From: Eledone cirrhosa | Lineage: Eukaryota | Direction: 5' to 3' | Assembly: GCA_964016885.1 (NCBI GenBank) | Contig: OZ024740.1 | Span: 121,892,001-121,956,000, forward strand | Length of the DNA stretch: 64,000 nt | Part shown: positions 25,712-39,866 of the stretch, in pieces | Layout: the number at the start of each line of letters is the position of its first letter | Position numbering within the stretch: the first letter of the stretch is position 1 | The notes under the pieces: model-generated | Database searches by the model: none | Told to the model about the DNA's origin: nothing | What the model saw: only the letters and a program-made list of their open reading frames with translations | Position numbers and translations under genes: made by a program

Positions 25712-28059
25712 TATATATATATATTACACAAGATCCTCTTCAGTCATAAATGACTATTGAATTTTGCAGCTAAAAGTTCCAATCACTGCAAAAAATCGTT
25801 TAAGTTGTTTTTTGCTGAAAAACCGCAATTGCTCCAAATAGCTCTCCCCCTTCTTCACGCAACTGATGTTGTGCAAATGAAAGGGAAAGAACCATACCAC
25901 TTGGAATCTGTGACGATGCAACTTATTTCAAAAATTGAGCAAAGTAGAGCAAATGTGAAATCTAGTGACTTGCTTAAAAATAAACGCCCTACCTTCTCCG
26001 AGAATCGAACTCAAAACCCTACAAATCTGCAGTCAATTCTCTAACCACTAAGCAAGCCTCATCAGACATACACATACACAGAGACACATGTATATATGTA
26101 TGTTTATATTTATTTATATGTTTGTGTGCGTCTCTGTGTATATGTATGCATATGTGTATGTGGCTGTGTTTGTGTACATGCATCTATATATATATATATT
26201 ATAATAATTTGAACAATTTTCGTTAAAAACAATGTATTATATACACAATCATCTATTCCATTTTTCAGAGAAACCGTTCAGAGATTACCGTTCTGTTTAT
26301 CATATTTTCTTTCTCTCATTTGAATATAATTGATATCTTCAACAGATAAATATTTCTATCGCAACACTATTCGTCGTACCAAGTAGGGTGTAGATTAATT
26401 TGCAAAATAATATGTGCTATGAATTATAGTCTACATTAATTCAGAATTTAATGAGAGACAAACCATGGATTAGTTTGTTCAAAGGTGAGGGATTTTTGAA
26501 ATATGTTCTAATTCTAGAAACAAATGAAAAATATGTTTTGCTCCAGTTTACTCTACGGCACAAATGCCTAAATTCCCATAAATTCGTAAATGACCGGTGG
26601 AACTGTAAAAGGAATTCATAGAGTGCGTTAACAGATACTTTAATCGACTGAAAATTTCTGAGTCATAAACATTTCTAACGAGTCCACTTTGTTGTTAAAT
26701 GTGTTAAATATATAACTGAATGTATATCGTATACGATAAATACAGAGATGTTGGCGGGACCCTTCTGCATTATATTTCTCAGTGTAAAATATGAGGAAAT
26801 ATATAAGATTTAGATTTGAAAGAAAATACAATAAAAATGATGCTAACCTTCGTTGATACGATCTTGCGCGCAACTACTATTCTCACTCATCTACATATAA
26901 TTTTACTCAATAATATTCAGGCAGTTACAGAATGTACATCTTTATTTATGAATACTATTTTAAATAAGTATGAGTTCTCTACCGAATGAAAGCTATCTTT
27001 TTATTTAATTTTCTTTTCTATGTTAGTGATTTCTTCCTGCTTCAGAAAAATACATTACGACAGACACATTGTTCATGCTAAACAAATAGTTGATTTTGAG
27101 AGCTATGTTTTCCAACCAAACAGAATATATGATGATATGAATAATCAGATAGAATCTAAATCAACTATAATACGATATGTGTAATGGAAAAGAAAACCAC
27201 GCGGTCTTCTGGCATTTCCTCACGCGATAACTATATCGATTTAAGAGAAAAATCACTAAATCGGAAACTTCTTTATCTATATCATATCAACGTTACTGAC
27301 ATATCAGTATATCGCGTGGAAACGTTAATTGCATCGCAGTACACGTGGCATATAAATGCAATGACGTTTGTGAATCATTTTACTTTCCTTTCTTTGATGC
27401 ATTTTTTAACAAACATTTAATAATATGTATGAAACTTAATCGGGGTAAATCGTCAACTGAATCTGTGATAATGCATAATTCGCGACATTAAAATCTTCCG
27501 GCATATATCGATGCTCTAGTAATGCCTTCTGATACTTCTACCCAGTTATAGATATAAGCGTACCAACCACTAATGAGATGTTTGTTTTTTGTCGACCTCT
27601 TTAGATTTAGGGGTTAAGTTGACTTTGGCCTATTTCCAGAATAGTTGATTTACTTCGGGAATTCGAAGGGAACACCATTTAGTGTAGCGTGTGGTAACAC
27701 GTAAACAGAGAAATAAGACAATTACTGAATTACTGTCTTGATATACTCAATGTTTTTCCTATCAAGTATAATAAATAGCATTTTTAGAAACGTCCATTAC
27801 ATACAGAAATAACACCAACATTTATTACTCTATAATCATCTACACCCAAGTGTCTTTTACATGCAACAAAAATACATCTCGTTTAATCTACATTAATCTC
27901 AGACACAATCACCTCAACGTGATTTTATTAAGAGTCTACTACCACATTACAACAAAATTCACAGAGGATATCAAGAATAAATTATCGTGTCTCAAACACT
28001 CAGTCGAGGAACAATAACCACTTGAGTTTAATTAACGCTTGTGACCGCTTCGAAGGCCG

Positions 28060-28560
28060 TGTCCCGTTAACAATGGTGGTCTCTCCCGGAGATCATACAT
28101 CCTGCTGATAATATATATTGCAGGTAGGCCTTTCTCTTCAAACCCCAAAACTGTTCAGCTCCCAAACCACTATTATTCTTCTACAATGCCCAAATTCGAC
28201 AACTTGAACGGTGCTATACAGATACAAGAACATTAGATGTATCCAAATGGAGAGTCTTCTGTAACACATTCCGGTTTCAGGCATATACATGTAGTTCTTC
28301 TTTTCTCCATGTTTTTTGCCGCTACTATAATGCCCTTTATCCCAGCTGATAGCTTGCCGCGGTTCATACGACTAAGGCACTCAACGATTATCATGTCATC
28401 ATCGATGTTTTCTAATCTATAATGCCCTTCATAAACAATTCTGGAATTATGACTTTGCACTTGTAATCATTCTCCCGGCAACTTGCATTAAAATATTATC
28501 TTCATCAGATAGTTTCTTACTGCTATTCTCTTAGCCTTCAGTCCCTCCCATACCCTCTTT
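28060..28560 (-). mobile_element. Old R4/Dong-like 3' fragment
   Basis: RMNRGKLSAGIKGIIVAA resembles WLRRGDLKKATEGMLMAA in the Dong-type copies in this window. Confidence 0.4.
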
Positions 28561-31500
28561 CATAATCATGTTAGTGTGTGAAAGAAAGCTAGGAAAGAAG
28601 AGAGAGAAATACAAAATGAGACGAGGCACTTTTTGAAATAAAATGAATTGCTAGTTTCCACTCTAATCTAAACACACAAAATGGTACACCATTACAACCA
28701 TATTTTATTTCGCACAGAAATAGTTTCTTAGTTATGTAATGAAATATTACAGCAATTCACAAATCTTATTTTAATCTACTAGGTCTTAGACTATATTTTG
28801 TATCCCAATCTCACACTATATTATGAAAACGTTTAACAATTCCATCCTCATATCTTAAGTCAAATAGAAAATATTCATATCTGATCTACTCGCCCACTTC
28901 CAGGAAACGCAATTATTCTTTTGAGAGAAGCAAATACCGGCATGATTGCAGCAAAGTTGGATTAAGCAATCTATTTTACAACGACAATACATGGTTTTAT
29001 TAAAACGAATTATTCCTCATATAATGCAGCGTAAATTGCCTCAAAGGGAATACATCATTGAAAGGCCTTGATAGTAAAGCCACATCAGACTACCATGTCA
29101 TTACTTCTACATGCTGATGTCTAGTGGGGACACGCTTACCGAATTTTCTTCATAGTATCTTTCCAGATATGTCTGAAAACATCTGAAAGGAGTTAATTTG
29201 GTTTTATTCATCTAAGAAAATTTTAGTACGAACGTTATGCTTTTTCTTTCGTGAAATTCAGGAAATTGTATTCCACAAGTAATACATATTTTTAGATTAA
29301 GATAGTTAATCTAAGGAATGCAACACATTTTATGAAAAAAAAAAAAATAATATATATATATATATATCAGAAACACAAAATGGTGTAGAACGTAATTAGA
29401 GTTATGGCGCGAAAAAGAAACAGATGTACGATTAAACATTCGGAAGGTGAACATTCTTCAAGATAGAGAGATGAAATATTGGAGGAAAATATATTTGTCA
29501 ATACAAATTTTACTTATATGTTATAAAAAGCTATATATTTGTCTATCAGAACCACATATACGTTTTCATTTTGATGTTACTTATGTTTGACGGATAATAG
29601 TTGATTGATATCTATATGTGTTGCTTTCAGTACGTTTATGATTATCATCAATCTACGCCATCCATTGATAGGGCAGTTCCTTGTTTTGAAGGTGATAACT
29701 ATTTACCCATTTTAGTAAAAGTCATCAAAGTTATTTCTGCCATCGGTAGAACACGGAAGAAAAGAAATAATCTATGCTGTTGACCAAAATAAGTTAAAAT
29801 GAAATTTCAACCACCACTGGATTTGATTACCGTACACAGATTATAAACACAATGAAGCAAATACCATATTTCAAATTTCAATCAAATGTAATTGCTGTAG
29901 AAATATATTTCTACTACAATATACTTTTTCTACATCAAGGCATTTTTAACAAAATCATTTCCATTTTTTTGTGTTAACAATCTTATTATTTATATTTCAT
30001 AGTGCCTAATTATTGATTTTTTATGTGATTTACATTTTATATATGATTTAATCACAAGAGAAACACCCGAGCGACAACACAAATACAAAAAAGTGGTCAA
30101 TATTTTTCTGTTAATTATATATTTTGTTTTGTTTCGCGAAATTGAAAATCAATTAAGAAGACTAAAAACAAAAATAAAAGAATCATTCATAGGAATTCAA
30201 AATATTTCTTTAAAGAAATTCAAAATTATTCCGTATTCAATAAATGACCATTATATTATGTTTGTATGCTTATTCTGCCTCCAGTTGGCCTTCCCGGATT
30301 TTAGTTTTTGCAAATTATTCTATTTATGTTTTATTTCTTATTTTTATATTCAGTTATCTCTATACAATTTTGTTTTTCTTTCTCAACTGTAAGAAGTTAT
30401 AAATACTTCCACTGGTCTTTCAAGGTTTACTAACTCTTTATGGACTTTGTATTGATTAAATAAATACATAAATAGTAGGATGATTTCATTTGATTTCTTA
30501 ATACGCAAGACAATGGGGTAACCACATCAGTGTGGTTTTCTGCACCATCTTTCCCATCCAAAGATATTTTGGTATCAGATAGAATAAATCAAATTCCTGT
30601 TTTTGAAGTTGATGTTTACATTTACATTTTTTTTAAATTGGCATTGCATTGATATAATAAACCAGCATCTATCAATTAGCAGTTACCACAATGTTTGCCA
30701 TTAACCTTAATACCGTGAAGTTTTATTGTTGTTGTTTAGATCTAACTTTGGCATTGTTAATGATTGTATCAAATATTTTTGTTGGCGTTTTATTTGAATT
30801 GCCGTCTATCAGTAATTATATCAATTAGTTACTTTGTTTGATAACCAGTATATTTGATTTATAGATCTCTGGTATATGGATTGCGTAACACAACAAAAGT
30901 GGCTATAATTATGTCTTATTTTCTTCTTTCTTGTGCAACCCAAATTCTCTCTCGCTTATAACGTTTTTATAAGCAGGATTGAGTATTTCTTTTTTCGTAG
31001 AAATTATTTGTATTCTGCAAGACTTTCTTCTCTGGAACATACATTGTTGACACCTTTATATATATTTGGCAATATGGAAAATTACGTTTTATATATTATA
31101 TATGTTGAATGGAATGATTAGAAATACAGTTATTAGTGTGTGTCTGTGTTTTTATAATGTATCACTATTATAAAGTTGATACTAGTTTTAGCCATCAATC
31201 TCCTGTATTATAATGGCGGATAAGTTGATCATGCAGCATTTGTGAGAAGACTTTTGTACATTGTCTTCTAGGGATTTTGGTTCACTTTTGGTGCAGGCGT
31301 AACATGGAATCGTTGAATTTGAGTTCAGCATTATCCAGGCTTCATTTGAAAATGAATAACATTAGAGCCTATTTGCTCAATTGTTTCTGAAATATGTAAT
31401 CTTGGCTTTTTGCCATTTTCCGTAACTTATTTCCTGACATTAAAAAATGGATCCTTATTTGTTTGTAATTGTTTGCTTGTTGAACTACTCTGTTTCGTAG

Positions 31501-32954
31501 TCGTTTTACTTAATAAACTAGGTTTATTCGTTTATGAAAATGATTTAAGTACATTTCTTGACATAGGATGACTCTTAGCTTAGTTCCCCAGTGTTAGCCT
31601 TTGTCTAAATCTCAGACATTAAATCCCTCTCCATCATATGTTGTAAGGTAACATTCTAGCCCACTTAAGAAGCACCAAAACTTGTGAGCAACAATAATCA
31701 GATCTCGACAAGTATGCAACACAATATACTAGGGAATCATTATTACCAGGAAATATAAGTAAGCTTCTTAACTCACACAAAAACAGCGAAATCAAATTGA
31801 GTTAAAAAATGCACACTCGTTTGTGTAAAATGTGAACCGAAATGCCAATAGGGAAATAGGAAAAAATCGGTCCTTCTCAACATCGAGACAAAATTAACTG
31901 TATGGTATGAAATGAACTGCTGAATGGGTAAGAGGTTATGCTTTCAATCGAACCGGGAGGAACAGTTGGTAAGTGTTTTACCATATACTCGGGGAAATCC
32001 TGTTGGATGGATTTAACTGTAATACAGAGGTGCACTGTACTCAAGTTAAATACACCAACAGTAATAAGAAAATGATTATCGTTTTGGGTAATTTCATCTA
32101 TGTATGGCAATAAATGGGATGGTCGGGCTTCTGAGTGCTAGTGGCACAATGTCACCCAATACATATTGCTTCCTCTCTGAGTAGTTGGTGATTAAACCCC
32201 AGCTCCACCACAAGGCACTGGTGAGAAGTGTAAGTGTAATGCCAGCAGCAGAACAAAATAGAGCTGTTAAAAGGGTTGGTGAACTCAAATTCAAAGATCA
32301 TCCATCTCGACAATGGCTTATATAGGCTCATCTACTCTCAATTTTTCAAGAGTTGTGTGATATGAGGAAAATCAATAGAAAGTGGTGGAGGTCAAGCAGG
32401 ACGGGTTTCTGCAACAGGAGCGAGAAAAAGCTGGATTGAATTGGATTGCAATAAGTGTCAACCGTTTTTGTTGAAGAATAGGTGTTATTTGTTTCAACAC
32501 GAATCACAAAAATAGAGCGTGCCTTCCGAGATTGTTAGCTGTTAACGGGACAACATGCCAATGATATCAATGTATAAATTATTATGTATGATCAATGGAA
32601 ATGGCTGTGTGATTTAACGTGACACATTGTGTGATGATACTGCTCCTTTGAATGATACGTATATTCTATCGATGAACTTTCAAACCGTTTTCGTTTACCT
32701 AGCCGCAAGTGTAGAATTGGCTCGCTTTGTCATAAAACCATAGAATATAACACATGCACAAGATGCTACGCAGTGGGAACGAAACAGGAACATAGTGATT
32801 ACAAAGCGCTTGTCTGAAACATCCAAATATGATGCCTCCACAATATTACATAAAAATACAGTGATTAACAATTAAATATTTTATGAAATCTTTAAAGTAA
32901 ACTATGCTAAATTGTGCTTCAGAAAGATATTACATTTCATTATATTATATTCAA

Positions 32955-33133
32955 AATTGACAGTATCGGTAGAGAGCCGGACGCCATGCTTTCCAGCATA
33001 GTTACGTCTCTTTACGGTCTGAGTTCAAATCCCGCCGAGGTTAACTTTGCCTTTCATCCTTACGGGATCGATAAAATAAAGTACCAGTAATGTACTGGCT
33101 AATTGCTGGCCTTGTGCCAAAAGTAGAAACAAT
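32955..33133 (+). mobile_element. SINE copy
   Basis: GAGTTCAAATCCCGCCGAGGTTAACTTTGCCTTTCATCC...GGCCTTGTGCCAAAAGTAGAAACAAT; flanked by ATT-rich sequence. Confidence 0.9.
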
Positions 33134-33341
33134 TATATTATATTAAAAAATACTTCGGAAGAAAGTGCATCATTGCTCTAATGTCAATAAATGGCGACAT
33201 GTATGGATGGAAAAACAAAAAAATCCAAATTTTATAATGGATTTGAAAATATCAGACAGATTGGATTCAAACTGGAAATGTTGAGAAGGATATATTACCG
33301 GGAATCCTGAACTATAAATAAAATGTGTAGTTTCTTTATTT

Positions 33342-33378
<37 letters not shown>

Positions 33379-33388
33379 AAGAAAATAT

Positions 33389-33492
<104 letters not shown>

Positions 33493-34493
33493 CAAGAGAG
33501 ACAGAGAGAGAGACATAGAAAGAGTGGGAGAGAATGAGAAAAGCAAATCTATATTTGTAAATTAGCAATATAGCTTCATATAATGGCAGTTTAGTATTAT
33601 ACGGACGTGAATGTGATACAAGTGTGTATGTATTTATGTTAATGCGAATAAGTACGTGCGTCTGTTCGTTTATGTCAGTGTGAATTTATGTGTATGTTAG
33701 AGTCAGTTCGCATGTATTTGTGTGTGTGTACCTTTCTTTATCACAAAAGAATTAAACATTTATTCTCAATAGTTTTGATAATTGATTCAATAGAGTGAAA
33801 TAACGGTTGTATTTTTTCCTATATTTCTTTCTAACGTCATTCAGATATTTATTATATTTTTATTGTGCTACGTTTATAAACAATATTGTCACGTCAAAAA
33901 GAAATAGGGAAACCGAAGATAAACCTTAAAAACAAAGTAGTCATAAATATGTAATAAACAAATCTCAACAGTATACGAAATAATATCTAGAAAACTGCAC
34001 GTAGAAACAGATATAAGAATCTCATAAAAACAATATATATATAATCAAAATAGGAAAATAATATGAAGAAAATCTAATAGACCATTGAAATACTTTTAAT
34101 TCTGACTATATATTTTTGTATGTGCTAAAATTTAAAGTAGTGAGCGGTTCACTTTTTCTGATATAGTTGATTTTTACGAGGATTTCACAAGGGAAACTAA
34201 ATATATGGAACATAACAACTTAAGAAATCTGCAAAATACAAAAATGATATTTTGTTATAAACTTGAAGCTTGATGATGAGAGAAATATAGAAATTGATGT
34301 TGCAGAAATGGATATTGATTAAATACTCATTTTAGTATGAAATAAATACCTTTGTATTTATGGTTATATATGCAGTAATTCTAGGCAATGTATATTGTGT
34401 ATCAAATATTTGTTTTAATGCTACAAAAGCATTATGATCTCGTAGAGAAGCAACATGGTAGGGAGAGAATAATGCATTATATACGTTTGTACT

Positions 34494-35545
<1,052 letters not shown>

Positions 35546-35548
<3 letters not shown>

Positions 35549-36450
35549 GTACTGAAGGAGGGGACAATAGACCAGAGGATGTCCAAGGAGGAAATAACAA
35601 CAAGGAGAAAGAGCAGCCTTCATGTAAAATCCCTTCATAGTACCTTCTTTGAGAAAACTGAATTCAGAGATCCACAGACATGGAACTGGTTGAAAAGAGG
35701 TGACCTTAAAAAGGCTACAGAAGGAATGTTAATGGCTGCGCAAGGGCAGGCCCTCAAAACGAAGTGGTTGAAACACCATATTTACAAGGAGGAGGCTAGC
35801 CCACTGTGCAGGTTCTGTGGAGAGAGAGAGGAGACTGTGGCTCACATTGTATCCGAGTGTAAACACCTAGCCCAGACTCACTATAAGGGCTGGAGACATG
35901 ATGTGATGGGAAGGGTGATCCACTGGCACCTATGCAAAGTAAACAATTTACCACATTCTGAGAAGTGGTATGAGCATAAGCCAGAGTCGGTGTTAGAAAA
36001 CGATCAGGTGAAGGTGCTATGGGATTTTAGGATACAGACGCACAAGAAACTGGAACACAATAGGCCTGACCTGGTGGTTTTGGACAAGCAAAAAAGATCG
36101 TGTATGATTGTAGATGTAGCCTGCGCAGTTAACACGAGAGTGCAAGAAAAGGAGAGGGAGAAAATTAACCGATACCAGGACTTAAAGTGGGAGGTGAAAA
36201 GGATTTGGAACTGCCATTAAGTCAGTCTTCCCGATTGTCATATGCGCACTAGGTACTATCTCAAAGAGTTTCCAAGGATTGTTAAAGAAAATTAGTCCAA
36301 AACGGCTTTTTGGAACACTCCAAAAGGCATGCTTGCTGGGAACAGCGAGAACCCTCCGATACGTCCTGAATATCTGAGGCTGCAGGTAGAGGCTTGATAT
36401 TCATTTCAACAAACTTTCCAGTTAAATAACATTAATGACTGAGACTCAAA

Positions 36451-36451
<1 letters not shown>
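35546..36451 (+). mobile_element. 5'-truncated R4/Dong-type non-LTR element (RLE domain and 3' UTR)
   Basis: ORF 35579-36220 has CRFC...H...C, RHD and RPDLVV...D motifs; same family as 50008-50914; (AAT)n on both sides. Confidence 0.92.
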
Positions 36452-36508
<57 letters not shown>

Positions 36509-39500
36509 CATTTCATTTATTAGCCACAAGGGCCGACATGTAGGGGACAATACAAAGACATTCACCCACCTTTTAGCAAATGTACTGGGGGGCAGCACTT
36601 CTCTCTCCACCCTCACCTTCCTTTCCAGGTGAAATTTGAAGAAGTTGATGAGGTATTGGCTGAAGAGAAAAGTGTCTGTCTTTAGTCCTTTCAACCTGGT
36701 CCACCATATAATCTCTTTCGCAACTACCACCAGACAGAGGAAAATGTCCTGCTCTTCCTGACCTAAGGAAGGTGGCGGCTCGATCTTCACTATGGACTCG
36801 GCCGATAGCTGGATTCGTTCCACACGCGACAGTAGCTGTTCGACATAACTCCACAAGTCAGTAATGCACGGACATTCGACAAGTGCGTGCAGAACGGTTT
36901 CGTCGTTCTGTGCGCCTCTTGGGCAGGTCCGTCTGACAGCACTTCCGTGCCTGTAGAGTTTATCCCGAACCGGCAGTGCCCCCCGGTAGCACTGCCAAGC
37001 GAGGGATATCTGGAAATTGTCCATCGTCCCCGGCTCAAAAGTCCTCCGGTACAGACTGGTCAGTTCGACTTCGTCGAGGCCCAAAGCTTCTCCGAGTGCG
37101 TCATCGCACTTGCCCACCACTAATCCTCTATAGAACTCTATAGTGGAAGTTCCACTGATCGCATTGCCCGCTTGGTAGCGGGAAGTGAGTGCCTGGCAAC
37201 ATTCCAACTGCCAGTCACCCAGTCTCGGTCTCTTCTTGACCCGGGACTGCAGCTCAGTCAAAGAAATGAGCTGCGGAAAGGCCCGTCTGATAAACGACGA
37301 CCACACCTGTTCTCCATTGAGGCAGTATATCTGCAGATGTCGCAGCCTCAACGCATGTTTGCGCATCATTAGCCACGGCATGCCCAGCCCTCCACAAGAA
37401 TTTGAAGAGGAGCCGTTCTAACTTGACGAGGCGCGGACGGGGGAAAGGCACGACGGTTAGGCGGTAGTAGATGACGGACGCGATGTACGCATTCGCCACC
37501 TCCGCGCGACCTTCCAGTGATAGCTTCATCCCAGCCCATTTTTGGGTGAGATTGGCTACTCTGCTCGTTACCTCGTTCCAATTCTTTTCCACCTGGAGGT
37601 CTGGTCCGAACCAAACCCCGAGCAACTTTACCTGTCCGTCCGTCCAGCGCCCCACGACGCTGTTGGACGGCATGGGCCTGCCTCTCAGGTTCCGAGCTGC
37701 AATCCCACAGACTTTTCTGTTTGGCTCCTGTCAACCTTTCATATTCCTTCAGTAAGGTGCCGACCACCTCGATTTCTGAGGTGTTCGACACCATCACGGT
37801 GATGTCGTCCGCATAAGCCGACACCGCCCTTCCACGTCCCGGTTCGAGTGGGATGCCCTGCAACTGCTCCAGCTTCCGCAGTAAAGGCTCGAGACTCAAT
37901 ACGTACAGAAGGGAAGAGAGAGGGCACCCTTGACGGACCGATCGGGAGAGCCGAAATGGTTCCGAGAGGTGGCCATTAACCTTGACCACCGAGCGTGTGC
38001 CGCTGTTCATTGCAACGATCCAGCTTCTAAAGACAGGGCCGAAGCCAGCTGCTTTGAGGACAAACTCCAGATACCGATGGTCGACCCTATCGAATGCTTT
38101 CGATTGATCTAAATTGATCAGTGCCCCACCGAAGCCAGGTTTACACCCTACCCTCTCTATGATGTATCGCATGAGGTGGAGATTGTCGTGAATGGACCTG
38201 GCTGGCATTGCGCAAGTTTGCGCCTCCCCGACGAAATCCTCGAAGACAAGCGCCAATCTCTTTGCTAACACCTTGGCCAAAATCTTAAACTCTGTGTTGA
38301 GCAGAGTTATGGGCCTGAAGTTGTCTAATGTATCCCTCTTGTTCTCGTCTTTCCTTATCAGCGTCACCACTCCCCTGCTCACAGAACTGGGAATACTCCC
38401 ATTCTGCTGCCAGTTGCAGTAGAGTGCTTCGAGGAGTTCGGAGAACAAGTCTGGCATATTTACGTAAAGCTCGTAGGGCAGGCCATCCAAACCGGGTGAC
38501 TTGCGCCTTATGCAGCAGACAAGGGCGTCCTGAATTTCGGATGAAGTAATCAGCCTTTCTCAGCGCTCAGCGTCGACCGTCGAGATGCGCGGCAGGCCGT
38601 CAAGGTAGGGACTGAAATCTGCTACTCTCTCTGACTCGCCCCTCTCCGTGAACAACCGAGCAAAGTGCTGGCGAAAGGCCTCACACATCCGCTTGGAATC
38701 GCTTATCTCGTGTCCGTCTCGGTCCGCCAAAGACCGAATTGTAGTTTTATTACCACGCTGCGCCTCCGCCACGTGGGCCCATCGAACAGCTTTAGTTCCC
38801 TTGTGTCTCAGCGCACGCGCCTTAACTCTGACAATGCAACCTTCGTGTTTGGCGTTGAAGAAATGGTCTAATGCCATTCTCGCCGCTAGCACGTCAGTTG
38901 CGATGCCACTACAAATAGCCTCGTCTATCTTATCTACCAGCTCCCCCTCCTTTCTATTTTTCTCTAACGCTAGTTCTTTGCTGAACTCTATCGAAGTTAC
39001 TCTAATCTCTCTTTTGAGAGCCCCCCACCATCTGTTGTTGATGATCACCCTGTCAACTTTTGCTTAACTAAATTGTTGACTCGGTCCCTGTAAGCCTTAC
39101 GTGCCGGAAATGACATGTTCAGCTTCCAGTAACCAGGTCCTAACCTACGCGTTTTATTTAGGTCGACCGTACAGATCACAAATTTGTGATCTGAATAGGT
39201 GACCGTTTTAAAAAGTGGACAGCCCACACTATTTCTATCTATTTTCGTAATGAAGATCCTGTCTATATACGATCTAGATGACCCCATTCGGTTGGTCCAT
39301 GTCCATACTGTCACATTGGGGAAATCTAGTCGATACCTGTCAGACAGTTGGAACTGGCTGAGTAGGTGCTTCAGGCTTTTGCACCCCCCGCTCCTATCGG
39401 CTACTCCCACACAATGCCAGCGTGCGTCTAAGATGCCATCCCAGTCCCCCGCTAACAGTAAAGGGCGAGACGTACCCAGAAAGGTCTCCAGGCGCCTAAA

Positions 39501-39866
39501 GAAGTCAGGTCGTCCGGCCCCTGTAGGGGCGTAGACGGCCAGCAGTCTAAAGGCAACACCTTCGCTACTGCTCACATCCAATACCACCAACTTACCCTCC
39601 GGGTCCCGGAAGATCGACCTTACCTCGAGATCCAGTCCTTTCCTAAACAGCACTGCCACCCCACCCCCCATTCCCGGCCTGCTAACAGATGCGAAGATCT
39701 GATAGTCGTCGAAAATGGGGGCTAGTGCGCACGTGTCGGAAATTCTTGTCTCGCTTACGGCAATCACGTCCATTTCCAGCGACCGGAGGTCGTTGAGCAG
39801 GTGTCCCTGCTTCCAGGGTGACCCCAGGCCGCGGACATTTAAACTTCCTACTCTTAATATGGCCAT
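36446..39866 (-). pseudogene. Family A ORF2: APE endonuclease, reverse transcriptase, C-terminal zinc finger
   Basis: SLNVRGL, SET, VYAP, YIDRI, SDH and GYWKLN (APE); FRPITLLN, DQSKAFDRV, RQGCPLS and AYADD (RT); split across several frames. Confidence 0.9.

Noticed and set aside
30400-31720. Possible Penelope RT/GIY-YIG relic on the minus strand
   Set aside because: Only faint motif resemblance (QIY.G.QTK-like); cannot be supported without a translated search.
31880-32500. Possible mariner transposase relic (LWWSWGLI)
   Set aside because: No TIRs or catalytic motifs identifiable.
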